Shown: positions 31,116 through 41,484, counted from the stretch's first letter. The stretch is 64,000 bases of DNA from an uncultured Rivularia sp. (GCA_963665115.1 OY762007.1:8064001-8128000), one strand, 5' to 3'. Numbers and translations are program-made. The notes: generated from the sequence alone by a model not told the origin.

Positions 31116-31155
31116 TTTGTATAAAGTTTGAGATTTTGGAGTGATTAAGTTACTG
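31116..31155 (+). promoter_or_regulatory. Putative promoter motif copy 2, upstream of RTX gene 1
   Basis: TTTGTATAAA-N17-GATTAAGTTACTG. Confidence 0.6.
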
Positions 31156-31188
31156 AAGGGGTGCAGTTGAACTTTTCTTTTAACCTAC

Positions 31189-31309
31189 CTGATATCTTGC
31201 ACCATTCTCAAGAAGCCCAAAGAAACCCGGTTTCTAGTAGTGAAAGCATGAATATCCCGTTGTGAAATCGCAAAGAAACCGGGTTTCTGACACTGGTGCA
31301 AGATGTGAG
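31189..31309. mobile_element. 121-bp MITE (family C) with CTAC target duplication
   Basis: CTAC|CTGATATCTTGCACCA ... TGGTGCAAGATGTGAG|CTAC, two AGAAACC(C/G)GGTTTCT cores. Confidence 0.8.
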
Positions 31310-31522
31310 CTACCTTTGCTTCGATTCTAATTTGTGCTTTGAGGTAGATTGCATAAAAGCAAAGCTTCTTATAGCGTTTCTCAATCTAGTGAGGTACATT
31401 TTAAAACTGGTTGTTTTTTATGTGTACTTCAGTTGCTTAGAAAACGCTGTACGTACAGTTTTACCACTTAGAAAACAACAACGATTTACACCTGGATTAA
31501 ATCTTAATTGGAGGATAAAACA

Positions 31523-32264
31523 ATGGCAGTTTTTCGCGCACCTAGCTCTTTCGGTACTTCAAATAAAGACACTTTCTATGGAGATAATGCTGGGAATGTT
31601 TTCTTTGCGAGTGATGAGGATGATCTGCTGTTTGGTAGAGGAGAAATAGATTGGCTATTTGGTGACAATGGAGATGACATCATCTACGGAGATAGCGGTA
31701 ACGATAATCTTTATGGTGATTCTGCTCATAACACCAGTGCTACTGGGAATGACACCATTATTGGTGGTAGCGGTAAAGATAATATCTTTGGTCAAAATGG
31801 TGATGATGTCCTTTATGGCGATAGTTTCCTTCTTAGCAATCAGGATTGGGGCGATAGTGACAAAATTTATGGTGGTGCAGGAAACGACATTATCTATGGT
31901 GGTGGTGGAAATGACACCATAAAAGGTGGGAACGGTAACGATACTTTAGTTGGTGGTTCGGCAACTACCGCAGATGCACTGACAGGGGGAGCAGGAGCAG
32001 ACACCTTTGTCCCTTGACAATATCAACGGCTTTTCTGTTATCCAGGACTTCTACTGGGGAGAAGGCGATAAAATCCACATTGATGCAGATATATTTGGTA
32101 TTACCTCATTAGGTCAACTTACTTACGAAAGATACAATGAGACAAGTGGTTATCTGAAAGTGATTGGTAGTAGTACTATTGATGAATCATTGAGAAGTAA
32201 TGCGATAGCAATTGTTAGTTCAGAATTCAGCTTTATTCATAGCCTTGATGTCGAACTGATATAG
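31523..32264 (+). CDS. RTX/hemolysin-type Ca-binding protein 1 (+1 C at 32011-32013)
   Basis: GGAGG RBS; GGxGND nonapeptides; corrected GADTFVLDNI..IQDFYWGEGDKI. Confidence 0.85.
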
Positions 32265-32305
32265 TCAAAATACTATTTGGACTTAGACGTTTTTGCTATG
32301 AAAAA

Positions 32306-32452
32306 ATGCTCAGACTTAATTATCGCTTCTGTGCATTTACTGGTATTGTTGCTCATGAGTTTGGTCATGCAGTTGGTATTCCTAAAAAACGTTTTGGGCA
32401 GCATCATGAACATAGGGACGATAAGGTTTACCACTTTTTAAATTATATTTAA
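32306..32452 (+). pseudogene. Remnant of an astacin-like (metzincin) zinc metalloprotease
   Basis: MLRLNYRFCAFTGIVAHEFGHAVGIPKKRFGQHHEHRDD contains HExxHxxG..HEH. Confidence 0.6.
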
Positions 32453-32462
32453 TTTAATTTTC

Positions 32463-32776
32463 TTACCGTCCTGAATTTCCCCAACTCATCCCAATTTCTG
32501 CACTGCTTTGAAAAAGCACTGGCAGCCAAGTTGCGTAGGGGAATTCATATTCTAATGCTTCCAATCTCTCCCGTGCTTCTCGCACTGAAGAATAAAAAGA
32601 TTTACTGTTAGAAAAAGCGGTGAGAAAATATTTCAAAAATTCCTGTGCCACTTTATCTGGTACAGGTTCTCGCATAACTATCATTTGGGGAATATGCAAA
32701 TCTGCTAATTCTTGCGCTAACCTCAAAGCATCGCAGGAATTAAATACGGCTAGCTGCAAACCACGTTCAATTACTT
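32463..32776 (-). pseudogene. Duplicated 3' end of the CHAT gene
   Basis: Direct repeat of ~34350-34655, roughly 90-95% identical by eye; encodes LQLAVFNSCD..MREPVPD..WLPVLFQ. Confidence 0.9.
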
Positions 32777-32795
32777 TTTTAAAATTTTTGGATAT

Positions 32796-32840
32796 TTTGT
32801 ATAAAACTTTAAATTCTGGAGTGATTAAGAAGTAGAAAGG
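32796..32840 (+). promoter_or_regulatory. Putative promoter motif copy 3, upstream of RTX gene 2
   Basis: TTTGTATAAA-N17-GATTAAGAAGTAGA. Confidence 0.6.
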
Positions 32841-32897
32841 AGGGTAACAAATAAGCCTAACTTTTACATACATGAATAAAAAAAGGAACTACGAGTT

Positions 32898-34331
32898 ATG
32901 GGAACCAGAACTTGGAACGGTAGTAATCGTGATGATAATTTCAAGGCTACAAGAGGTGGCTTATTTTGGGAATCTTGGAGAATCCGGGGCTATGGTGGTA
33001 ATGATACCCTTGGTGGTGGTCCGAAGAATGACACTATAGATGGTGGCTCTGGTGATGACTCTATTCGAGGGTATGGAGGTAGAGACTCCTTACTTGGAGG
33101 TTCGGGAAATGACTATATAAATGGGGGTTCGGGAAATGACACCCTACGTGGAGGTTCAGATAATGACAACCTAAATGGAGGTTCGGATAACGATCTCCTA
33201 TATGGAGAGTTAGGTAATGACTACTTGTATGGCTTCACAGGCAATGACACTATGTACGGTGGTGCCGGTTTTGACACGCTGAATGGTGGTACGGGTGCTG
33301 ACGCTATGTACGGTGGTAGGTGGAGCGATACTTATTATGTAGATAATACAGGAGACAGAGTAATTGAATATTTCAATCAAGGATCTGATACCGTAAACTC
33401 TTCAATTAACTACACTTTGCCTAACAATGTCGAAAGACTGAGACTTACAGGTTCCGCTTATTACGGTATTGGTAATAGCCTGAATAACACTATTTGGGGT
33501 AACAGTGCTAATAATTTCTTGAGTGGTGGAGCCGGTCACGATAGACTCTATGGTAATGCTGGTAATGACACTATGTACGGTGGTGCCGGTGTTGACAGAC
33601 TTGATGGCGGTACGGGTGCTGACACTATGTACGGTGGTACGTCAAGCGATACTTATTATGTAGACAATAGAGGAGACAGAGTAACTGAATATTTTAATCA
33701 AGGATCTGATAGCGTAAACTCTTCAATTAGCTACACTTTGCCTAATAATGTCGAAAATCTAACACTTACGGGTTCCGCTTATTCTGGTATTGGTAATAGC
33801 CTGGATAACTATATTCGGGGTAACGTTGGCAATAACTACTTGAGTGGTGGAGCAGGTAACGATAGACTCTATGGTAATGCTGGTAATGACTATATTACTG
33901 GCGGTACTGGTAATGACAACCTTTCTGGAGATGCTGGTAACGATTTTTTAACGGGTGGTGCTGGTAGCGACAGATTTTCTTACGAAACGGGTAGAGCTTT
34001 TAGAAATTCTGATTTGGGAATTGATACAATTAGGGACTTCACTTCTGGTGTTGACGATATTGTATTAAGTAAAGCAACCTTTACTGTTTTAGAAAGTTTA
34101 GCTGGCGATGGTTTTAGCGATATTTCAGATTTTGCCGAAGTGACTTCTGATGCTGTTGCTGCAATTAGTGGTGCTGCTATTGTTTATAACTCTGAGAATG
34201 GTAAATTGTTCTATAACCAAAACGGTACGGCTGCTGGTTTTGGTGCTGGTGCTCACTTTGCTACGCTTTCAGGTAGTCCAGATATTGCTGCAACGGATTT
34301 CTTAATTACAGAGCCAATCATTATAATTTAG
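32898..34331 (+). CDS. RTX/hemolysin-type Ca-binding protein 2
   Basis: Many GGxGND repeats; 321-bp internal duplication (33241/33562); C-terminal DTIRDF..IVYNSENGKLFYNQNG..FATL. Confidence 0.9.
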   Translation: MGTRTWNGSNRDDNFKATRGGLFWESWRIRGYGGNDTLGGGPKNDTIDGGSGDDSIRGYGGRDSLLGGSGNDYINGGSGNDTLRGGSDNDNLNGGSDNDLLYGELGNDYLYGFTGNDTMYGGAGFDTLNGGTGADAMYGGRWSDTYYVDNTGDRVIEYFNQGSDTVNSSINYTLPNNVERLRLTGSAYYGIGNSLNNTIWGNSANNFLSGGAGHDRLYGNAGNDTMYGGAGVDRLDGGTGADTMYGGTSSDTYYVDNRGDRVTEYFNQGSDSVNSSISYTLPNNVENLTLTGSAYSGIGNSLDNYIRGNVGNNYLSGGAGNDRLYGNAGNDYITGGTGNDNLSGDAGNDFLTGGAGSDRFSYETGRAFRNSDLGIDTIRDFTSGVDDIVLSKATFTVLESLAGDGFSDISDFAEVTSDAVAAISGAAIVYNSENGKLFYNQNGTAAGFGAGAHFATLSGSPDIAATDFLITEPIIII

Positions 34332-37164
34332 TTCAATCTATCGGTATGAAATTTCCCCCAACTCATCCCAACTTCTGCACTATTTTGAAAAATCACTGGT
34401 AGCCAAGTTGCGTAAGGAAATTCATCTTCTAATGCTTCCAATCTCTGCCGTGCTTCTCGCACTGAAGAATAAAAAGATTTACTGGTAGAAAAAGCGGTGA
34501 GAAAATATTTCAAAAATTCCTGTGCCACTTTATCTGGTACAGGTTTCTCGCATAACTATCATTTGGGGAATATGCAAATCTGCTAATTCTTGCGCTAACC
34601 CCAAACCATCGCAGGAATTAAATATAGCTAGCTGCAAACCGCGTTCAATTGCTTTGGTTAAAGCGTGCTTTAGTTCTTTAATTGTTAGCAATTTGGTTTG
34701 ATTAAGTAACATGATTCCCGTGCTACCATCTGCTTGAGATGAACTATGTCCGGAAAAACAGAAAATATCCCAACCTTGTTCGTTCCAAAGCTGCTGATGT
34801 AATTCTTGAAAAGTTGGTTCCACCAAAAAAACTGTTTCGCTTTGTGGTATTCTTTCTAATATTTTTCTATCGGCTTCAATCTCAATTCCACTGCTATTTC
34901 CTAAAACTGTTAATATTCTAATTTCGTTTCGATAACATCTTGTTTTTTCAGATCTTTCACCAATCGGAGATAACACCACTTCTGCTTGACGATAATGTCT
35001 AAAAAAATTCCATAAATGCCAAGGAAGACGTTGCAATTGAATATCTTTGGTTTGAATAATTACTGGTACTTCTTCAAATTGTAATAGCTTTGAACGTAAT
35101 TCTTTTTCAATTAAGCTGAATGATTGAGAATTCAGCCAATTATTTAGAGATTTTTCTAATTCTTGAGCATAATAATTTAGTTCTTGTTCGGAGAAATTAG
35201 TAATTGAATCTTCGTCATCAAAGGTAATACGTCCAAACCATTTTTGAGAGCGATAAAGTTGTCGCCATTGCTGATAAAGTTGGGGAATATTTGGTTCTGC
35301 TGGTAATTTACTTGTAAAAATGATGGGAAGTGGGTGGTCATTTGTCTTAATTAAAGCGGTAACGGGAAAACCATTTATAAAGTCTCCTTCGCCAATAGTC
35401 AGAACAACAAATTTACCTACTTGAATTTTATTTTTAGATGTTTGATAACTTTTGTTAGCTAATAGTTTAGCAATTTCAGCCATGTCACTACTTTTTTGCC
35501 GATAAATTTCAATTTGTTCTTGCTTTACTTGCAATTCTGCTCGATATTTTGCTTCTGTTGCTGTGAGTTTATGTTCGTAACTTTGCTTCAACTGACTATG
35601 AATCTTGGTTTTATCTGCTGCTTCTGGAACGTGGAATTTGACAACAACAAATCCATTACCTTTATCTTCAATGTTCTGAATCTTTAATTGGGTATGTTGA
35701 TTTTTAGCTCGTACATTTTCAACAGCAAAAAGCAAAGCTTCCCAATCCAAACCATTACGAAATATTAAATCAACGGTATTTATAACCCCTTGAAATAGTT
35801 TAGTAAAATCTCCCGGTGCAAATTCACCACTCTGAGGGACGACGTTGACTATTTTCTTCCAGATAAATAAAAAGACAATTTACTTTATCGAATTTTGTAG
35901 TAATATCAGTATTCCAAGAACCTAAACCACAAGCACCAGTAAAATCAGCTTGGGAAAAATCTGTTCCTATTGCTTGAACTTTAGTAAGAATTGACTCTTC
36001 TAAATTTGCTGATTGTAAATTAGCTTTGGTTAATTTTGCTTCTGCCAAGTTAGCTTTATTTAAATTAGCTCTGCTTAAGTTTGCTTGGCTGAAATTTGCA
36101 TTTTTGAAATTGACATATCTCAAGTCTAAATCAACTAAATAAGCCCCTTCAAGATAAGCATTTTCGTAAGAGTTATTATTAGTATTTTTATTTACTAATA
36201 AATCTCTAACTTTATAATTATCCAAAATTGTATTATCTAATCTTGCAAGTTCTAATTTTTTGACCTGATGCCAAATCGTATGAATCAAATCAGTTTTTGT
36301 AAAATCAGTATTTCTTAGGATAGCCCCAGTAAAATTTACGCCTGTTAAATTCGCTCCTCGAAAACTTGTACCGCCGATAGCTCCAATGGCGATCGCCACT
36401 CTCCGAATAAAAGCATGATTCTCTTCATCAACTAAAACACGTTTGCTAATCTTCCCGCATAAAATTATAATAAGAACAGCAATTCCGACAGTAATTATAA
36501 TTCCCAACCAACCTTTATGAGTAATATTAATAGCTATTTTCCCCCTAGAAATTAAAGGTATCAAAATTGCAGTTATAAATGCACTAATTAAAGAAGTATT
36601 TACCACCTTAGTGCTAGTAACAACAATAAGAAAAGAAAGAAAAACAGCAATACTAGCAACTGTCATAATGCTCAAACAAATATTAGTTGCTGTAGAAAGG
36701 GCAATATAGCCGATCCTAACTTGATTAAAAGCAATAGAGTAAAAGCCTGCTAAAGTACCGATAGCTCCTAATATTCCAATAACAGTAATAAAAGCATTGG
36801 CAAATCCTTTTTTCACAGAAATAATTAAAAAAGTTATGCATCCAATAAGAGTTACTGTACCAGCAATCAACTCATTAAGATTTTGACTGCACAAAAAGGA
36901 ACTAATAAAAACAGCAACCGCACCTGCTAAAAATCCTAATACTAATGATAATAAAAATGATATTCCTACCCAAGAATTATTTAATCCTGCTTTTGCATAA
37001 CTAAAATCTGCATTACTTAGGTTAGCCCCAGTAAAATCTGCACCTCTAATATCGCAATACGAAAAATTTGCACCCGTTAGTTTTTTTCCCTTAAAAGAAT
37101 TACCTTGAAGATTTTGTGTTGAAAAATTTAAAGACTGCTTTAGCTGACGAAACCCAAAAATCAT
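34328..37164 (-). CDS. Membrane pentapeptide-repeat protein with C-terminal CHAT (caspase-like) protease domain; two +1 frameshifts (35836-38, 34544-46)
   Basis: Pentapeptide repeats flanking several TM helices; corrected RRPQSGEFAPGDF..DLIFRNGLDW; CHAT dyad FSGHS and FNSCDG; LQRLPWHLW, WLPVIFQN. Confidence 0.85.
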
Positions 37165-37261
37165 AGCTTAAAGGTGCATTTTACAACTATCAATTTTCTT
37201 TATTCCACAAATGTAAAGCCAAATCTGGAAATATGTAAATTTTGTTACTTTAAAAAATAAT

Positions 37262-37321
37262 GTGGAACAAATTGCACAGGCACTTAGTTTGTCTGTGGAA
37301 GACGTAGAGTTAATCAGATAA
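37262..37321 (+). pseudogene. C-terminal remnant of an Rpn/DUF2887-like protein
   Basis: VEQIAQALSLSVEDVELIR* followed by hairpin AGCAGTAG..CTACTGCT. Confidence 0.55.
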
Positions 37322-37394
37322 AACAACAGCAGTAGTCTTTCTAAGAGCTACTGCTTTAAATTATTTTTCTAGATACAATTTTGTCATAAATCTC

Positions 37395-37465
37395 GGGTGG
37401 TGTGTGACGCTACAATGAAGGGTAAAAAATATGTACCTTGATTTATTTTGCGTCACACACCCTAC
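37395..37465. repeat. GTAG REP-like inverted pair
   Basis: GGGTGGTGTGTGACGC ... GCGTCACACACCCTAC. Confidence 0.6.
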
Positions 37466-37473
37466 AATAAAAA

Positions 37474-38583
37474 TCAAACAGCCTTCAATCCTTCCGCTCT
37501 AAGAATAACTTTACCATTTTGACGAACTATTAAAGTTGATGGTTGAGAATTACTATTATCTTCAGTAATCGCACTTTCTAAAGCGTAACTATAATTTCCA
37601 TTTTTCCAACCAGTTACACATTTACCATTCCGACAAGAAACTTTACCACCTGTAAGTTCAAGACAATTGCCTTTAGAATCGCAACCGTAATATTTAACGT
37701 TCCCAGTATTATTAACTCCATTCCAAGAATCGTAATTGCTAAGTTTAATAGTCCATTCACCGTTGCTGAGAGTTCGAGTATCCCCAGATTTAGAACCACC
37801 AATAACTTCCATTTTGACGATTGCGGATTCTTTTTTAGTCTTTCCGCAAGGTTCGTTACTTTGACAGTCGTTGAAATTTAATATCTTGTAGCTAAGTTTA
37901 ACTTTTTTGTTTATAAATTGTTCTTTTTGAGGACAGATATCAAAGGAAGCATTAATTATTTGTTGTTTACCTTGTTCGTCGATTAAAGTAACATAACAAG
38001 CTAAATCGCCTTGAACTATTTCTTTGATAGTGGCGATTTTTGGTTGTCCTTTTGCTGGTATGAGTTTAGAATTATTAGAACCATTAGAATCACCAATTAC
38101 CTCCATTTTGACGATTGCGGATTCTTTTTTAGTCTTTCCGCAAGGTTCAATACTTTGACAGTCGTTGAAATTTAATATTTTGTAGCTAAGTTTAACTTTT
38201 TTGTTTATAAATTGTTCTTTTTGAGGACAGATTTCAAAAGAAGCATTAATATTATGCTCTTTTCCTTGTTCGTCGATTAAAGTTACATAGCAAGCCAAAT
38301 CACCTTGTTCTATTCTTTTAATAGTTCCAACTTTTGGCTGTCCTTTTCCTGCTTTGGGAGTTGTAGAAACTTTCTGAACTGGAGCTTTTTTTATCGGTTT
38401 AGAATCTTGATTATTGTTATTTGAAGAAGAATTATCTATTTGATCTTTATTTGCTGAAACTACTTCAGAATTATTTGGTTGAATTTGATTACTGGTGTCA
38501 AGATTACTTGTTTCGACGTTATTACAACCAACCATCAATAAAGAAGTAATTAACAATGCAGTTGTGAAGATAGACTTTTTCAT
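37474..38583 (-). CDS. Lipoprotein with two tandem Cys-containing domains
   Basis: Lipobox MVGC; QGDLACYV..ICPQ..CQS.EPCGKT repeated with a 294-bp period. Confidence 0.85.
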   Translation of the reverse strand: MKKSIFTTALLITSLLMVGCNNVETSNLDTSNQIQPNNSEVVSANKDQIDNSSSNNNNQDSKPIKKAPVQKVSTTPKAGKGQPKVGTIKRIEQGDLACYVTLIDEQGKEHNINASFEICPQKEQFINKKVKLSYKILNFNDCQSIEPCGKTKKESAIVKMEVIGDSNGSNNSKLIPAKGQPKIATIKEIVQGDLACYVTLIDEQGKQQIINASFDICPQKEQFINKKVKLSYKILNFNDCQSNEPCGKTKKESAIVKMEVIGGSKSGDTRTLSNGEWTIKLSNYDSWNGVNNTGNVKYYGCDSKGNCLELTGGKVSCRNGKCVTGWKNGNYSYALESAITEDNSNSQPSTLIVRQNGKVILRAEGLKAV

Positions 38584-38734
38584 AGTATTTAAACCGCTAT
38601 AAAATATGAGCTTTAACTGTAGACAATTTTTAATACAACCTAAATTATGTATATTCCGAAAATTCGCTTTGTCTAATTTATTTCACATTGTTTGAGACGT
38701 AGCACTGCGCCCCGTCTCTACAAGCTGTTAATTT

Positions 38735-39331
38735 TCACAATCCATAAACCCGATTTCCATCACCAGGTAAAATAGTCAAAGAGCGAGGATTTATCCGATA
38801 CCCGACAGTAACTTCGGTTTCTCCATCCCAAACTTCAATGGAAAGCACTTTATCTGCTGAACCTTCGTAATCAAAGTATTGACAGCGTGAAGCTGTACGT
38901 CTTTGCACCGTTCCTTCACGAGTCATACTCGCAACCCCAGAGTCAACACATTTATAATTTTCATCCGCAAAAGTTAACTTTTTAGGTGGTGGTGTTTCGC
39001 TAATATCTAATCGATCGGTTGCTTCGAGTAGTGCAACTTCTACAGTGTCATCTTCATCCACGCTCAACCATCGAATATCATTATTATCTTGCAGCATATA
39101 TTCACACCAGGAATACTCATCAACTGTATAGGTGAGTTTCCCTTCTACTACCCAGTCAATACCCATATGCTGAACAATATCGCCGGTTTGTAAATTAAAT
39201 ACATTACGTTTTAGCGACGGTAATTCTTTTTTTGGTTTACTACCGGGTAATGCACCTCGCTGTTGAAGCACTAATAAATAAGCTCCACCAGCGACTATTG
39301 CAATAACTCCTAACCAGATTAGTAGTGTCAT
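38735..39331 (-). CDS. DUF4178 domain membrane-anchored protein
   Basis: N-terminal TM; LQTGDIV..W.VEG..W.EY.L..RWLSVDEDD, LSIEVW. Confidence 0.82.
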   Translation of the reverse strand: MTLLIWLGVIAIVAGGAYLLVLQQRGALPGSKPKKELPSLKRNVFNLQTGDIVQHMGIDWVVEGKLTYTVDEYSWCEYMLQDNNDIRWLSVDEDDTVEVALLEATDRLDISETPPPKKLTFADENYKCVDSGVASMTREGTVQRRTASRCQYFDYEGSADKVLSIEVWDGETEVTVGYRINPRSLTILPGDGNRVYGL

Positions 39332-39513
39332 AGTTTTTCCTTTAGATTTTTTTTATAGAGAGGGATAAGGAGACAAGGGGAAATGAATAATTTTGAATAT
39401 CATTTGTGTAACACTCTAAGCTGATGTGCAGCTACATTGTATTAAAAAAATTTTGAAATTATTATGGTGCGGACATCTTGTCCGCTTGTTGTCTACAAAA
39501 AATAAGCTGTCGC

Positions 39514-40719
39514 TTATTTCATCGCAAAATTAACTGGGTTTTGATCTCGTCGATGCCTAGTGGGAAGAGGTTCTGGCTGTGCATCACCTGCAAGGGCTGC
39601 GGTTGTTTCTAGAGATTCCCTCAAGCGCTTGGCTGCATAAATGGACATATCGCGGGGTACGTTAATGCGATCGCGCAAATATCGTAGAGCAATATCAGAA
39701 CCCAGTGGAGGTACGCATTCTTCACCTGCAATCATGTTTGTTAAAGCACACCGTAATGCTTCATCAAATAATTTATCATCGGCGGGGTTGACTCGGATAA
39801 TATTAGTGCGATGTTTAATCATATTTTGCAGGGCTTCTTGGCGGGAGTTTTCGGGTTCTGGATAAGTAACATCTGGTAGCCCAAACCAAGAGCCATTATT
39901 TACTCGCGCTTTATTAATCAGCATTTGAGGTTCGCCGTTTTCCCAACAGCCCCCCATTTGCGGCGGCAAATCGTGTACGTGAGTGTGAAAGTCGCTTTGG
40001 GTACCGCGATAGGTTGACCGGGTTTCCATTGCCTCAAACCATGCCTTAAAACGAGGGTTTTCTTCGCGCATTGAATAACCTTTGTAGTAGTAAAGGCTGG
40101 CATTCATTCGTTCTACATAGGGTGTAAATATGACATCAACTATGCCGAATTCATCTAAAAAGTATGGCCCTGGAGTGCTACCCAAAGTCTTTTCAACTTG
40201 ATCTACTACTTGTATAAATTGTTCGCGGTTGCGTTGTTCTTGTCGAGATGAACTTGCTGGGTAGCATAGCCAACTACACCAGGCTCTAAATAAAAGTCGT
40301 TCTAATTGACGTAAAGGAAGCACATTACGGTCTTTCATACCTTGATTCAACGGGCCAAAAACTTTTTCTAAAGCGATCAAAATGTCATCGCTTTCTTTAA
40401 TAATCCGCCCATCTAGCTCGATAGCAGGGAGCATTCCTGATGGTACTTTACGTTTGTACCAGCTTTCTTTCTCCCCATAACAGAACATCGTCACTTTTTC
40501 GATGCGGTAGGGAATCTGTTTTTCCTCCAACCACAACCAAATTTTTTGACAGTATGGACACCAAGCGTGATTATCGCGGTAAAGCGTTACCCGCACATTA
40601 GATTCGGGCTGCCCAAACAAGCGCAACCTAGCTTTAGCGTTGGTGGGGCCATTCACGGGATCTATTTGATAATCCGTAAGAGTTTCTAGTTCTTGCCAGC
40701 TAAGGGGTGTGGTAGTCAT
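39514..40719 (-). CDS. Glutathione S-transferase family protein
   Basis: [33 protein letters not shown]. Confidence 0.9.
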   Translation of the reverse strand: MTTTPLSWQELETLTDYQIDPVNGPTNAKARLRLFGQPESNVRVTLYRDNHAWCPYCQKIWLWLEEKQIPYRIEKVTMFCYGEKESWYKRKVPSGMLPAIELDGRIIKESDDILIALEKVFGPLNQGMKDRNVLPLRQLERLLFRAWCSWLCYPASSSRQEQRNREQFIQVVDQVEKTLGSTPGPYFLDEFGIVDVIFTPYVERMNASLYYYKGYSMREENPRFKAWFEAMETRSTYRGTQSDFHTHVHDLPPQMGGCWENGEPQMLINKARVNNGSWFGLPDVTYPEPENSRQEALQNMIKHRTNIIRVNPADDKLFDEALRCALTNMIAGEECVPPLGSDIALRYLRDRINVPRDMSIYAAKRLRESLETTAALAGDAQPEPLPTRHRRDQNPVNFAMK

Positions 40720-40857
40720 ATGAGTTGCGTAATGCTTTACTGAGGACTTTTCTTGACTCTACAATATTTTTAATTGCACTAAGTAGGTCGGTTTTGAAAA
40801 TCGTAATTAGGATAAGGGAGTAGGCAGTAGAGAACTAATAAACGCTAAGAGGTAAAA

Positions 40858-41484
40858 ATGACTCAAACGCTACCCAAAGTACTAACAGAAGCATTAATAA
40901 CATTTGAAGAATTCGCCAACTTAGACACGGGGGACAAAAGATATGAGTTACATTCGGGGGTACTTGTAGAAATGGCTCAACCAATTGGGGAACATGAAAA
41001 CGTTACAGGGTTTTTTATCAGAAAATTATCAGCTAGATTTGAAAACTTTGATTTACCCTACTTTATTGCTCCAAAAGTTTTAGTAAAACCATTAGGCAAA
41101 GATTCTGGCTTTTTACCCGATGTCTTAGTATTAGACAAGCGTAATTTAGCCAACGAGCCATTGTATAGAAAGGAATCTACTGTCTCTCAAACTGCAACAA
41201 TTCCTTTAGTAATAGAAGTAGTAAGCACGAACTGGTCAGACGACTACGCCTTGAAATTTGACGAATACAGCGATATTGGCATACCTGAATACTGGATTGT
41301 TGATTACTTGGGAATAGGTGGTAAAGAGTTTATTGGTAGCCCAAAAGAACCAACTTTTACAATTTGCGAATTAGTAAATGGTCAATATGTTAGAACACCA
41401 TTAAAAAGTGGAGCAATTCAATCTAAAGCATTCCCTGAGTTAAATTTAACTGTGGAGCAAATTTTCAATGCAGCTACATTTTAA
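40858..41484 (+). CDS. Uma2 (DUF820) family endonuclease
   Basis: RYEL..G, PDV, LVIEVVSTNW.DDY..K..EY..GIPEYWIVD. Confidence 0.92.
   Translation: MTQTLPKVLTEALITFEEFANLDTGDKRYELHSGVLVEMAQPIGEHENVTGFFIRKLSARFENFDLPYFIAPKVLVKPLGKDSGFLPDVLVLDKRNLANEPLYRKESTVSQTATIPLVIEVVSTNWSDDYALKFDEYSDIGIPEYWIVDYLGIGGKEFIGSPKEPTFTICELVNGQYVRTPLKSGAIQSKAFPELNLTVEQIFNAATF

Noticed and set aside
32777..32873. N-terminal part of the 136-aa ORF 32463-32873
   Set aside because: It is the antisense read-through of the RTX2 promoter; only the CHAT-tail portion is homologous to a gene
32463..34655. CHAT-tail repeat pair as a DGR template/variable repeat
   Set aside because: Mismatches involve all four bases rather than adenines only, and no reverse transcriptase is in the window
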